64,000 nt of DNA from a virus: positions 64,001-128,000 of IMG/VR virus record IMGVR_UViG_3300032053_000011. One strand, 5' to 3'. The position numbers and the translations under genes are program-made. Of the stretch, positions 19,057 to 27,943 are shown in pieces. The notes under the pieces are model-generated. The model did no database searches, was not told the origin of the DNA, and was given only the letters and a program-made list of their open reading frames with translations. The first letter of the stretch is position 1; every line of letters starts with the position of its first letter.

Positions 19057-20663
19057 TGTCGGGGCGCATCCGTACCATCAAGCCGGAATTGATCGACGAT
19101 GAGAAGACCGCCTCACTGTCACACCTCGAGTTCCGGCTGTTCATCGCGTTCATTGTCACGGCGGACGACTATGGGAATCTTCGTGGCGAGCCTTCGATGT
19201 TGCGTGGACAACTGCTCTGGGCACTGGGTACGCCGGTCGCCGAGGTGGTGGCAGCGATGGACGTTCTCGAAGAGGTCGGATTGATCGACGCGTACATTGT
19301 CCGTGGTCAGCGTTACCTCCATATCGCGGGCTGGTCGAAGCATCAGAAGGTCGATAAACCGGGCAAGCCGCGCGTTCCGAGTCCAACCGATCCAGAGCGG
19401 ATTGAGGAGCGGCGCTGGAAGACGTACTTCATCCGGCTTGGCGACGATGGCCCGATTCGCATCGGCAAGACGATTCACATGGCGACCTGCATCACCAAGC
19501 TCCAGGCGACTGCCAGGGCTCCGTTGCAAGTACTGCGGGTCGTTGATGCAAACGTCGAGGCCGTTTGTCAGAAGCGGTTCAAGGGCTCGCGCACCGAAGG
19601 CGAATGGTTCGCGCCCACGCGCGAGCTGCTGGAGTACATCGCGACTGAACCGTTCGCCGACGACGTGCCGCCCGCTCCCATCGTGACGCCGGGTCAGGGC
19701 GAGCTGGTGCTTCGCCATCCGCCAGTCGCGCCGCCAGCTCTCGCAAAACCACCCGGACCCACAGCACCCCCCATCGGTGCGACGGCGCCCATGATGGCGC
19801 ATACCGGCACGCCGACTGACACACAAGTTCTGCCTGTGGAAACTACAGCGGAACCTGTTGCTGCGAGCGATTCGCGAATCATTCGCGAGACTCTCGCGAC
19901 TGACCTCCGACCTCCGACCCCGAATCCGACCACGACCACGACCGACCAGTCGAGCGGTCTGGTCGCCCCGGTTCCAGCGATCCCGATCAAGTCGCAGACC
20001 GAGACCCAGGCCGAGACGGACTCGCAACGCGAGGCGCGGCTCGAGCGCATCACTCGGAGCCTGACCGATCGCCAGCACGGCGATGGTGTCGACTGGACGG
20101 CCGAAGGGAATCGGCTTCGGAAGGAATCCAAGGGGCGGTTGCGGACGTCATGCAGTCCGGTGCAGGCCGAGGAATTCGGACGTGCGATGCGATCGCTCGC
20201 GGACCAGCATGAACGGCCAGCATCCGAGCTCGTGACCCTGCTCGCCGATCACGCTCGCGAAACGGACACGTGGGCATGGATGACCACATCGAATCCCGGC
20301 ATGGGGTACCTGCTGAGAAATGGTGCAGAGGCGCTCGTCGAGGCGATCGAGAAAGCGCTGGCCTGGGAAGCTGCTGGGAAGCCGGAGTCATCTGGCTCAG
20401 CGCCATCCAGCGGACCGTCCAACGCGCCTTCTGGGCCGACCAATGAGGAATATCTGACATCCTTGCGTGCCCGTCGGGCCGACGTCGCCGAGATGCGCGC
20501 GCCACGGCCGATGTCCGCGGAGGATACACGCGCCGCCGCAGAAGTAAGTCGTACGGCTCTTCAAAAGCTCCGCGCTGACCGAGCCGAGACAGATCGCATC
20601 GCGAACTATGCGCGCTTTGGTGAGGTGGCGCCTACGCTCAACCAGCCAACGGAGCCCAATTGA
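19056..20663 (+). CDS. Phage replication initiator-like protein with embedded degenerate T5orf172 domain
   Basis: N-terminal RIRTIKPE...RLFI......DD.G...YLHIAGWSKHQKVDKP; then YFI......IRIGKT...E....KRF...R.EGEWF; directly upstream of DnaB. Confidence 0.8.
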   Translation: MSGRIRTIKPELIDDEKTASLSHLEFRLFIAFIVTADDYGNLRGEPSMLRGQLLWALGTPVAEVVAAMDVLEEVGLIDAYIVRGQRYLHIAGWSKHQKVDKPGKPRVPSPTDPERIEERRWKTYFIRLGDDGPIRIGKTIHMATCITKLQATARAPLQVLRVVDANVEAVCQKRFKGSRTEGEWFAPTRELLEYIATEPFADDVPPAPIVTPGQGELVLRHPPVAPPALAKPPGPTAPPIGATAPMMAHTGTPTDTQVLPVETTAEPVAASDSRIIRETLATDLRPPTPNPTTTTTDQSSGLVAPVPAIPIKSQTETQAETDSQREARLERITRSLTDRQHGDGVDWTAEGNRLRKESKGRLRTSCSPVQAEEFGRAMRSLADQHERPASELVTLLADHARETDTWAWMTTSNPGMGYLLRNGAEALVEAIEKALAWEAAGKPESSGSAPSSGPSNAPSGPTNEEYLTSLRARRADVAEMRAPRPMSAEDTRAAAEVSRTALQKLRADRAETDRIANYARFGEVAPTLNQPTEPN

Positions 20664-22069
20664 CTCTGCAATCGATCCGCACCAACAAACCGGCTGAATT
20701 GGCTGTTCTCGGTGATGCGATGGCGCACAAGGGTGCCATCGCGATCCTGAAAGGAATCCTCGGCATAGAGGACTTCTACTGGCCCGAGAACAGTACCATC
20801 TGGGCAGCAATGGTCGCGCTCGAAGAGCGCGGAGTAAGCATTGACCCGGTCACTATTGCCGACGAACTACGAACGATTCGTCGGCTGAATACGGTCAGTG
20901 GTCTCGTCGACATCGAGACACTGAAGTACCACGCCGGACGGGACATCGATGCTGTGGAATCCCATGCCCGCATCGTGGCTGGCCTCGCGATGGCGCGCCG
21001 CATCGAGTCCACTGCGCAGTCCATCGCAGCGCTCGCCCTCGATCCGTCCATCGCCGTGCCGGACTTCGCCGACCGCGCGATCACAGCATTATCTGAGGCC
21101 ACCAAACAGCGGGATGTACGGGCGCCCGCAGCGATGATCGACATGGCTGAAGATCTTACGAAGCGCATCGAGCAACAAGCAGATGCTCCAGAAGGCATCA
21201 CCGGTGTTCCTTCCGGGCTTACTCAACTCGATGCCATCACGTCTGGTCTTCAGCCCGGGACGCTCGTGATCGTCGCGGCGAGACCAGCGATGGGAAAATC
21301 CAGCCTCGCGACGAAGTTGGTGAAGGCCTGCGCGGAACGCAACAACTCAGGCAACAAGGCCTCGCTGCTGTTCTCTCTCGAGATGCCCAACAAAGAGCAG
21401 TTCGAACGCATCGCTTGTGAGCAGGCCTCGATCGATGCGAAGAAGATCAAACGGCGGCAGTTGACTTCGGACGATATGACAGGGCTCACCAGCGCTTTGA
21501 ACTACGTCGCAACGTTGCCGATTTTCATCGACGATGACTCGTCCGTGACCCCGCAGGACCTGCGCGCCCGCGCTCTACGGCAGCATTCACGCACGCCGCT
21601 CGGCCTGATCGCCATCGACTATCTCCAGCTCATCATGCCTCCGCGCACGATGGGGCGCGACACACGTGAACGACAGGTTACCGTCATCGCCGAAGCGCTC
21701 AAGGCGCTGGCCAAAGAATTGAATATTCCGGTCGTTGCCCTCGCACAACTGAATCGATCACTTGAGGAACGGCCAGACAAGCGACCGCGGCTTTCAGATC
21801 TCCGCGAGAGCGGAGGACTGGAGCAATCCGCCGACCTCGTGCTCTTCATCTATCGGGACGACTACTACAATAAGGACTCGGCCGACAAAGGCATCGCCGA
21901 ACTCATTGTTGCGAAGCAGCGCGGCGGCGATACGAGCACAGCCTATGCGCGATGGATCGCAACGCTGACGCGCTTTCAGGATCTATCAGACGAGGAACTC
22001 GAAGAACTCGATAATCGCAAGGCGGCGCCAAATAACGTCGTGCCAATGCGGCCAAGGAACAGAGCATGA
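20660..22069 (+). CDS. dnaB: Replicative DNA helicase
   Basis: N-terminal domain (E.AVLG, DFY, IDPVT), AARPAMGKS, FSLEM, IDYLQL, AQLNR, DLRESGGLEQSAD and KQRGG. Confidence 0.95.
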   Translation: MTLQSIRTNKPAELAVLGDAMAHKGAIAILKGILGIEDFYWPENSTIWAAMVALEERGVSIDPVTIADELRTIRRLNTVSGLVDIETLKYHAGRDIDAVESHARIVAGLAMARRIESTAQSIAALALDPSIAVPDFADRAITALSEATKQRDVRAPAAMIDMAEDLTKRIEQQADAPEGITGVPSGLTQLDAITSGLQPGTLVIVAARPAMGKSSLATKLVKACAERNNSGNKASLLFSLEMPNKEQFERIACEQASIDAKKIKRRQLTSDDMTGLTSALNYVATLPIFIDDDSSVTPQDLRARALRQHSRTPLGLIAIDYLQLIMPPRTMGRDTRERQVTVIAEALKALAKELNIPVVALAQLNRSLEERPDKRPRLSDLRESGGLEQSADLVLFIYRDDYYNKDSADKGIAELIVAKQRGGDTSTAYARWIATLTRFQDLSDEELEELDNRKAAPNNVVPMRPRNRA

Positions 22070-22079
22070 GGGCAAGATC

Positions 22080-22940
22080 GTGAACGACAAATCGCAGTAT
22101 GGTGCATCAGACACGCCGGATGGCATCACCGGGATTCCATCCGGCCTCCGCCAGCTCGACAACATCACCGGTGGCTTCCAGCCAGGAACGCTCATCCTCG
22201 TCGCGGCGAAGTCAGCGATGGGCAAGAGCAGCTTTGGAACAAAGCTCGTGAGAAAGTGCGCGGAACGCACCAACGATGGCAAGAGCGCGTCGCTGCTATT
22301 CTCCATCGAGATGACAGGGGAAGAGCAGCACCTGCGCATTGTTTGCGAGGCAGCGTCGGTCGACGCGATGAGTATCAGGCGTGGCGACACAAGCGCACGG
22401 GCGTCGATGTTGGGCGCGGCGCGCTACGTCGCCACGTTGCCGATCTTCATCGACGACAATTCGTCCGTGACGCCGCAAGATCTCCGCGCACGTGCTCTTC
22501 TCCAGGACGCGCGCACGCCGCTCGGTCTGATCGTGATCGACAACCTCCATCTGATCCGTCCGCCGCGCACGATGAGCCAGAATACGATTGCCGAATCGCT
22601 CAAGGCGCTCGGCAAAGAACTCAACATCCCGATCGTCGCGCTCACACATTTGAATCGGTTCCAGGAGGACAGGCCGAACAGGCGTCCGGGGCTCTCGGAT
22701 CTGCCCGGTGACCTCGAGCAGTCCGCCGACGTCGTCATCTTCATCCACCGCGATGACTATGATGACAAGCATTCGTCAAACAAAGGCATCACCGAACTGA
22801 TCGTTGCGAAGCATCGCGGTGGCGAGACGAGCACCGCCTATGCGCGCTGGATCCCGACGCTGACGCGTTTTCAGGACCTCACCGACGAGGAGCTTGAGGA
22901 CATCGATACGAGCAGGTCAGCACGGAGGGGTTCGACATGA
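22080..22940 (+). CDS. Second, N-terminally truncated DnaB-like ATPase domain (tandem duplicate)
   Basis: Colinear with the C-terminal part of 20660-22069 at protein and DNA level; motifs altered (AAKSAMGKS, IDNLHL, THLNR, DLPGDLEQSAD, KHRGG). Confidence 0.85.
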   Translation: MNDKSQYGASDTPDGITGIPSGLRQLDNITGGFQPGTLILVAAKSAMGKSSFGTKLVRKCAERTNDGKSASLLFSIEMTGEEQHLRIVCEAASVDAMSIRRGDTSARASMLGAARYVATLPIFIDDNSSVTPQDLRARALLQDARTPLGLIVIDNLHLIRPPRTMSQNTIAESLKALGKELNIPIVALTHLNRFQEDRPNRRPGLSDLPGDLEQSADVVIFIHRDDYDDKHSSNKGITELIVAKHRGGETSTAYARWIPTLTRFQDLTDEELEDIDTSRSARRGST

Positions 22941-23725
22941 ACGAGCCGTCGCCGTCCGGTACCTCTGGGTACGCTGGTTCTCCTCCATACATCGGCGTCA
23001 CTGGGTTCATGTCCTCCGCCGAGGTCGCTGTGGTGTTGCGGGGGGTCCCGCTCACTGGCGCGCGCAAGCTGATGGTCGGCGTGCTTGCGAGCTCGAAGAC
23101 GCTGGCCGGATATCGGAACCGCCACCCACGCCGGTATCCGGTCATGAACGCGATCGCCGGGATCTTCCCGACCGACCCCCGCGCGCTGAACCTGATCCAC
23201 TACTTCACGGAGCAGCCGGACAGCCTCGCGGACCAACTCGAACAACTCACCGTGATTGGCGGCCCGAACCTGCATGGGTTCCAACTGAACGTCCGCTGGC
23301 CGAGCAAGAGCCAGATCCAGAAGCACCTCGAGAGGTACCCACAGCACCGGATCGTGCTCCAGCTCGGGCCGAGCGTGCTGGCGGCGTCGGAGCCCGAGTT
23401 GCTCCTACGTCAACTTGTGGACGTCAGCTATCCGGCCACGGACCTGTTGATCGACCCGTCCGGGGGTGTGGGGCGCCCGTTCGATCCAGCGGTCGCCCGG
23501 GAGTACGTCACAACGCTGTGGGGACGTCTGGGCACCGGCCTGGGGCTCGCCGGTGGCCTTGGGCCGGACAGCCTCGGCGCCCTCGCCCCACTCGCCACCG
23601 ACTTCCCTGGGCTGTCGATCGATGCCGAGGGACGGCTGCGCGATGAACAGGACTACCTTGATTGCGCGCGCGTTCTCGCATATCTAACCGCGGCGAGCAC
23701 GATGTTCGGCACCGGCACCGGCTAG
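22937..23725 (+). CDS. Phosphoribosylanthranilate-isomerase (TrpF)-like TIM-barrel protein
   Basis: YIGVTG, QLN, LLIDPSGGVG, GLAGGLGPD and SIDAEGRLR. Confidence 0.7.
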   Translation: MNEPSPSGTSGYAGSPPYIGVTGFMSSAEVAVVLRGVPLTGARKLMVGVLASSKTLAGYRNRHPRRYPVMNAIAGIFPTDPRALNLIHYFTEQPDSLADQLEQLTVIGGPNLHGFQLNVRWPSKSQIQKHLERYPQHRIVLQLGPSVLAASEPELLLRQLVDVSYPATDLLIDPSGGVGRPFDPAVAREYVTTLWGRLGTGLGLAGGLGPDSLGALAPLATDFPGLSIDAEGRLRDEQDYLDCARVLAYLTAASTMFGTGTG

Positions 23726-23732
23726 GGGATCC

Positions 23733-24110
23733 ATGGGCGGCAGCACGTACGTTTCGAGTTATGACGAGTGGCTCCAGCGCCAGAAGACCTCCAAGACCAC
23801 GCTGTCGTTCCTCTGGGCGGCTCGCATCTCGGCGACGGTCAGCGATGTTGCGGCGCCGCTCGTGCTGGCCGAGACGCTGTACCTCGCATTCGCCGACGTG
23901 GCTGTGGTGCGGCCCGAAGACAAGGAGCTCTTCAGTTTCTTCTGCGCGGCATCTTCGGAGTTCGCGCTCGAGGGCCGCGAGGCCGATTGCGCACGGATGC
24001 TGGTGCAGGCCCAGAAGCTCTCGGGACATGCCATGAGTTGGCTGCGCGCTGGCTGCGCGGCGATCCGCACCGAGATGGCTCGGCGCGGCGTGGCGCATCC
24101 GCGGGACTGA
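23733..24110 (+). CDS. Hypothetical protein
   Basis: Operon context; helical composition. Confidence 0.5.
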   Translation: MGGSTYVSSYDEWLQRQKTSKTTLSFLWAARISATVSDVAAPLVLAETLYLAFADVAVVRPEDKELFSFFCAASSEFALEGREADCARMLVQAQKLSGHAMSWLRAGCAAIRTEMARRGVAHPRD

Positions 24111-24113
24111 CTG

Positions 24114-24635
24114 GTGGTGGCGCAACCCGTCGCACGACAGGTTCTACTCATCACCGGCTCGCGCGCGCTCTGCGACAGTCCGGCAGCCGAGTCCTGGGCG
24201 CGGGAGATCTTGTACGAAACGATCCGCGTGCTGCCGCCGGATGCGGTCGTCGTGGCCGGTGATGCCGGGGGCCCAGATCACTGGGGCCTGCATGAAGCCG
24301 AGATCCGCGATCTCTACTGGACCCGATTCCAACTCGATGGGACCCGGCATGACTGGCGTGGGCTGCGGAAGCTACGCTGCGTGGAATGGTGCTCCATCGA
24401 CGCTGTCCCGGAACGTGGATCTCCGAGGTGGCGCCGGTGGCCACTCGAGCGCAACCGGGTGATGGTCGCGCAGATCGCGGCGGTGCGAGCGCCCATCGAA
24501 CGCAGCGCACTTGCCCTCCTGGCGCCATGGGCCAGCACGCATGGGACCGCACACACGGCCATGCTTCTCGATCAGCGCGGCATCGTGGTACGGCGCGAGA
24601 CCTGCCCGGTGGGACACGCGCCGTTCAGCCACTGA
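24114..24635 (+). CDS. SLOG-superfamily (YspA/DUF2493-like) protein
   Basis: LLITGSR, VVAGDAGGPD, PLERNRVM and THGTAHT. Confidence 0.75.
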   Translation: MVAQPVARQVLLITGSRALCDSPAAESWAREILYETIRVLPPDAVVVAGDAGGPDHWGLHEAEIRDLYWTRFQLDGTRHDWRGLRKLRCVEWCSIDAVPERGSPRWRRWPLERNRVMVAQIAAVRAPIERSALALLAPWASTHGTAHTAMLLDQRGIVVRRETCPVGHAPFSH

Positions 24636-24679
24636 ACCGACTCTTCCTGTGTGGCTAGCAGCATGCAATACTCCGAACC

Positions 24680-25138
24680 ATGGCTCTGACGAAAAAACAG
24701 GCACACGACAAGATCTGCACTGATGGACTGCTGATGGGCGGGCAGATGCGGGCGTATAATGGCCTGTGGTCCCATGGTCCCATCACCGCGACCGGGCTCA
24801 GTAGAGCTATGCAGACGGAGCACGACAAGATCGAAGGACACCCCTGCTACCACAAGCGCCTCGCAGATCTGGAGAAGCGTGGATTGGTGTCGCGATCGGA
24901 GAATTCTGATCCAGCGCAACGTCGCCACGGAAAGGTGTGGAGCATCATCCCGGGCCAGTTGCCAGGGCCGATGCCGCCAGCCACAAAGGGTCCGCCGAAG
25001 CCGACCAGCGACGAGCTGAGGCTTTACAACGCGATCGTCGATGACCTCGCACGGAAGGGGAGGAAGGGCGGCTCCCACGGCGGTGCGTTCGAGAAGACTC
25101 GAGCGTGGTTGAAGTCTGGCGCTCGCCCGTCGAAGTGA
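24680..25138 (+). CDS. Winged-helix DNA-binding protein
   Basis: HGPITATGL...HKRLADLEKRGLV; a GCTAGC half-site lies upstream at 24654. Confidence 0.65.
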   Translation: MALTKKQAHDKICTDGLLMGGQMRAYNGLWSHGPITATGLSRAMQTEHDKIEGHPCYHKRLADLEKRGLVSRSENSDPAQRRHGKVWSIIPGQLPGPMPPATKGPPKPTSDELRLYNAIVDDLARKGRKGGSHGGAFEKTRAWLKSGARPSK

Positions 25139-25743
25139 TAGTGGAAATGGACGAGGACGAGGACGACATGGCCCGATGCGGAGTCTTTCACCGGATCATC
25201 GCTGAGGAGTCGAGAGGTCCGCGCGGTGGTGCCATCACGCACTATCAGGCGGAGTGCATCGGCTGCGGTCGCAAGACGGATCCAATCCGAATCACATCGG
25301 ATTCAATGGGCCGCGAGCGGAGCCTTGCCGCGCTTCACGAACACCAGTGCCCGACGCCACCAGTGGTCTCCGCGCAAGGTCTTCTGCTGAACGGCCTCGC
25401 GAAGTACATCGAGGATGAAGAGCCGATCCCTCTGACCTTCGCCATCGAACACTTCGGCGACCGCACGCCGGAAGATGCGCTGCGGCTGGCATGGAGCAAG
25501 TGTGTTGAGGGACACGCGCTCGGCGCGTTGATGTATGCGCTCCGCCAGAAAGTCTCGTGCGAATCGGCACCGCGCTACAGCCAGGATCGCGCAACGACGT
25601 TCGTCTCGTTCAACTGCGGCAACGTGTCGTATCAGTTGCGTGGGACCGACGCCAACGTCGCCGATGCGGTCCGTGGAATCGTCGATGCGGAAAAACTGAT
25701 CGCTGGGACCCTGCGCCGGTGCTTCAAACCGGCCGTGGGATAG
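25135..25743 (+). CDS. Hypothetical protein with CxxC...H.C and paralogue-family-like C-terminus
   Basis: CIGCG...HEHQC; ALRLAWSKC...ADAVRGIV. Confidence 0.55.
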   Translation: MIVEMDEDEDDMARCGVFHRIIAEESRGPRGGAITHYQAECIGCGRKTDPIRITSDSMGRERSLAALHEHQCPTPPVVSAQGLLLNGLAKYIEDEEPIPLTFAIEHFGDRTPEDALRLAWSKCVEGHALGALMYALRQKVSCESAPRYSQDRATTFVSFNCGNVSYQLRGTDANVADAVRGIVDAEKLIAGTLRRCFKPAVG

Positions 25744-25764
25744 GCGCTTTCGGTTTCTGCCGGG

Positions 25765-25975
25765 TTGAGGTTGCGCCTGAACATTGAGGTCGCGCCTGAA
25801 TACGCCGCGAACATCGCCAGAGCGGTTTGAGCGTCTCGGTTGCACCCTCTGGACAGTTGAATCGCCATTTCGACCCTTGACGACCAGTCATGCATCGGTG
25901 GACCCGCTACCTGCGGAAGATCATGAAATCTTCCGCACAGAGCGGTTTGAGCGATTGTAACGCCGTGTAACGCCG
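25765..25975. repeat. Cluster of direct and inverted repeats in a convergent intergenic gap
   Basis: TTGAGGTYGCGCCTGAA x2 (25765, 25784); CAGAGCGGTTTGAGCG x2 (25818, 25938); TGCGGAAGAT-N6-ATCTTCCGCA (25912-25937); TGTAACGCCG x2 (25956, 25966). Confidence 0.85.
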
Positions 25976-26045
25976 TTCTCCGATCACCGGGCGAGATGAT
26001 CGGATTGACATCGGCACGTTACGCCAAGCGTTGCCGCGTGAAGGC

Positions 26046-26261
26046 TTATTGGTCGAACTCGCACGCGTGCTGTTGCGAATCGATGTTCATCCGCCCGCAG
26101 TCTGGACACTGCGGCGCGAACTCGTGCGAGCGTGACTTTGCATGCTCGTCACGAGCGTCCACGGGCCCGTGGAACGCATGCGTTTGTTCGTTGCCACAGA
26201 TGCCGCACTTGATGTGTCCGCATGCGGGACAGAACGGGCACGCATCTTTCGTCTTAGCCAT
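26046..26261 (-). CDS. Small Cys-rich Zn-binding protein
   Basis: CPFCPACGHIKCGIC...CPDC. Confidence 0.55.
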   Translation of the reverse strand: MAKTKDACPFCPACGHIKCGICGNEQTHAFHGPVDARDEHAKSRSHEFAPQCPDCGRMNIDSQQHACEFDQ

Positions 26262-26266
26262 GCCGA

Positions 26267-26641
26267 CTACGACTGGATTCGCGGCGTGAGGAACGGGGCC
26301 GGTGCACAACCGGTGGTGCGATCGCCGCTGAATGTCCCGGGTCCTACCCAGAACGGGCCAGGATTCGGCTGCCACGGTCCGATCGTCGGGGTCGCTGGCG
26401 GAAACGGCAACGGAAATGGCATCGGCATGATCGGCACGATCGGAAGCGGATAGACGTCGGGGTACATCCGTTGCGGCGCTATCGACACCGCGCGCAGCAA
26501 CTCGGCAAGTGCGGCGCCCGGGGTCGGCAGCCACAGGAGGCCCGTCGCGCCGCATCCCTTGCACTTCACGCGCATGCGTGGTGCTGAGCCAGGATGTGAA
26601 CCGCGTCCATCGCAGGCCGGGCACTTGATTGGATTGGTCAT
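26267..26641 (-). CDS. CxxCxGxG Zn-finger + Pro-rich protein
   Basis: CPACDGRG...CKGCGATG; RBS-like AGAGAG upstream. Confidence 0.6.
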   Translation of the reverse strand: MTNPIKCPACDGRGSHPGSAPRMRVKCKGCGATGLLWLPTPGAALAELLRAVSIAPQRMYPDVYPLPIVPIMPMPFPLPFPPATPTIGPWQPNPGPFWVGPGTFSGDRTTGCAPAPFLTPRIQS

Positions 26642-26689
26642 CGATCGTCTCTCTTTCCGATCTCGAGACTACCATGCTACTGTCGACAC

Positions 26690-26801
26690 AACGCAGTAGC
26701 TCAGCGAGCTGTAAGTGGCGGCGAAGTACAAGCCACCCAAGCGACAGAAGAGCACCCGGTTCCTAACCGGTTGGTCGCCCGTGCAACTCGGGCCTGCGTC
26801 C
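26690..26801 (+). tRNA. tRNA-Arg(CCU)-like RNA with a 47-nt D-loop
   Basis: Acceptor ACGCAG/CTGCGT, U8A9, D-stem GCTC (26699-702)/GAGC (26750-53), anticodon arm CCGG-TTCCTAA-CCGG, variable TGGTC, T-arm GCCCG-TGCAACT-CGGGC; no encoded CCA; TGcTACTGT extended -10 just upstream. Confidence 0.75.
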
Positions 26802-26822
26802 TATTGTGGTACCGTGGCGCCC

Positions 26823-27197
26823 ATGAAGATCGTCCTCGTGCGCGGCGCCCAAGCTGATGACGCCAGACGGCATCTCGGGCTGTTGAAGGTGACGCGCGCG
26901 ACTGCCGAAGCGCTGTGGAACGTCGGCTTCCCCGTGATCCTGACCGGCAACAACGTCAACTCCCACCACTTCTTCACCGGCTGGAATCTGGCATACCCGA
27001 TGCGGCCGAAGAGCGAGGACGGCAACTTCTCGGTTGCGGCCAACGCCTTCGTGGCGAACCTCGAGCCCGAGCTCGGAACCGGACCCGCGTTCTTCCTCAG
27101 ACCCGAGCTGAGCGAGGACGAACTTCGGACGGTCGGACTGGCGACATATCTTCTGTTCGAGGCGGCTGTCGCCGCAGCGCTCTCGCCGAAACGATGA
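26823..27197 (+). CDS. Hypothetical protein
   Basis: Start moved to ATG 26823 because the upstream part of the ORF is the tRNA-like gene. Confidence 0.55.
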   Translation: MKIVLVRGAQADDARRHLGLLKVTRATAEALWNVGFPVILTGNNVNSHHFFTGWNLAYPMRPKSEDGNFSVAANAFVANLEPELGTGPAFFLRPELSEDELRTVGLATYLLFEAAVAAALSPKR

Positions 27198-27215
27198 TGC
27201 GATGATCCGTGTGTT

Positions 27216-27539
27216 TCACGGCGGTCCCACAACCTCGGTTTTCCCGTAACGGTTGACCTCGAGATCCCGGATTACGATGCGGAGACCGTTGATCACATGC
27301 TCGCGCGACTCAGCACAGTCCGCCATCGCCGCTCCGCCGCTTGGCGTCGCCACGAGGATGAAGATGACAGCGTCGGCGTGAAACCGCTGGCGCAGCACAT
27401 CAAGACTTTGATGCGTGGCCACCTGCAACTGCTCACTGTTCATCGGCACGAGCGCACGGAGACGCTGCACCGGTCTCAGGATCGGTCCGAACACTGCACC
27501 GAGGATGCACCCGAGCACCAGCATGATCGCGAGGTTCAT
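27216..27539 (-). CDS. Small membrane protein
   Basis: N-terminal TM helix. Confidence 0.5.
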   Translation of the reverse strand: MNLAIMLVLGCILGAVFGPILRPVQRLRALVPMNSEQLQVATHQSLDVLRQRFHADAVIFILVATPSGGAAMADCAESREHVINGLRIVIRDLEVNRYGKTEVVGPP

Positions 27540-27562
27540 CGTTTCGTTGTACCATTGCTGCG

Positions 27563-27943
27563 ATGTCCAGGGAGCTCCAGATCGGCGAGAGACGGCCGCC
27601 GCAGATTCACGTAGCCGGGCCCGCGCGCCTGAAGCTCTACATGAGCCAGCGTGGCGTCAGCCAGACGAAGTTCGCGAAGATCCTGCGCGTCGGCCGAGTG
27701 ACGCTCTGCCGATGGCTGAACGAAGAACAGCGGCCGGACGGCGAGGGGCGCGAACGAATCGCACTCGCCACCGACGGCTTCGTTCGGCCGCCTGACTGGG
27801 AGACACCGGCGGAGTTCACCGCGCGCAGGGACAAGGAGCGTTACGTCGCCGAGCACCCGCGCAAACGGCAACGCAAGCCTCGACCGAAGCACTTCAGTTT
27901 CGCGCAGGCCATCTTCGATCCGCGTACAGGACAACTCCGGTGA
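27563..27943 (+). CDS. XRE/Cro-family HTH regulator
   Basis: LKLYMSQRGVSQTKFAKILRVGRVTLCRWLNEEQRP...IALATDG.V.P.DW. Confidence 0.8.
   Translation: MSRELQIGERRPPQIHVAGPARLKLYMSQRGVSQTKFAKILRVGRVTLCRWLNEEQRPDGEGRERIALATDGFVRPPDWETPAEFTARRDKERYVAEHPRKRQRKPRPKHFSFAQAIFDPRTGQLR

Noticed and set aside
25765-25975. Possible CRISPR mini-array
   Set aside because: Each repeat occurs only twice, units differ from each other, spacing is irregular and no cas genes are seen.
26715-26822. N-terminal part of ORF 26715-27197
   Set aside because: Overlaps the tRNA-like structure; ATG 26823 is the more plausible start.
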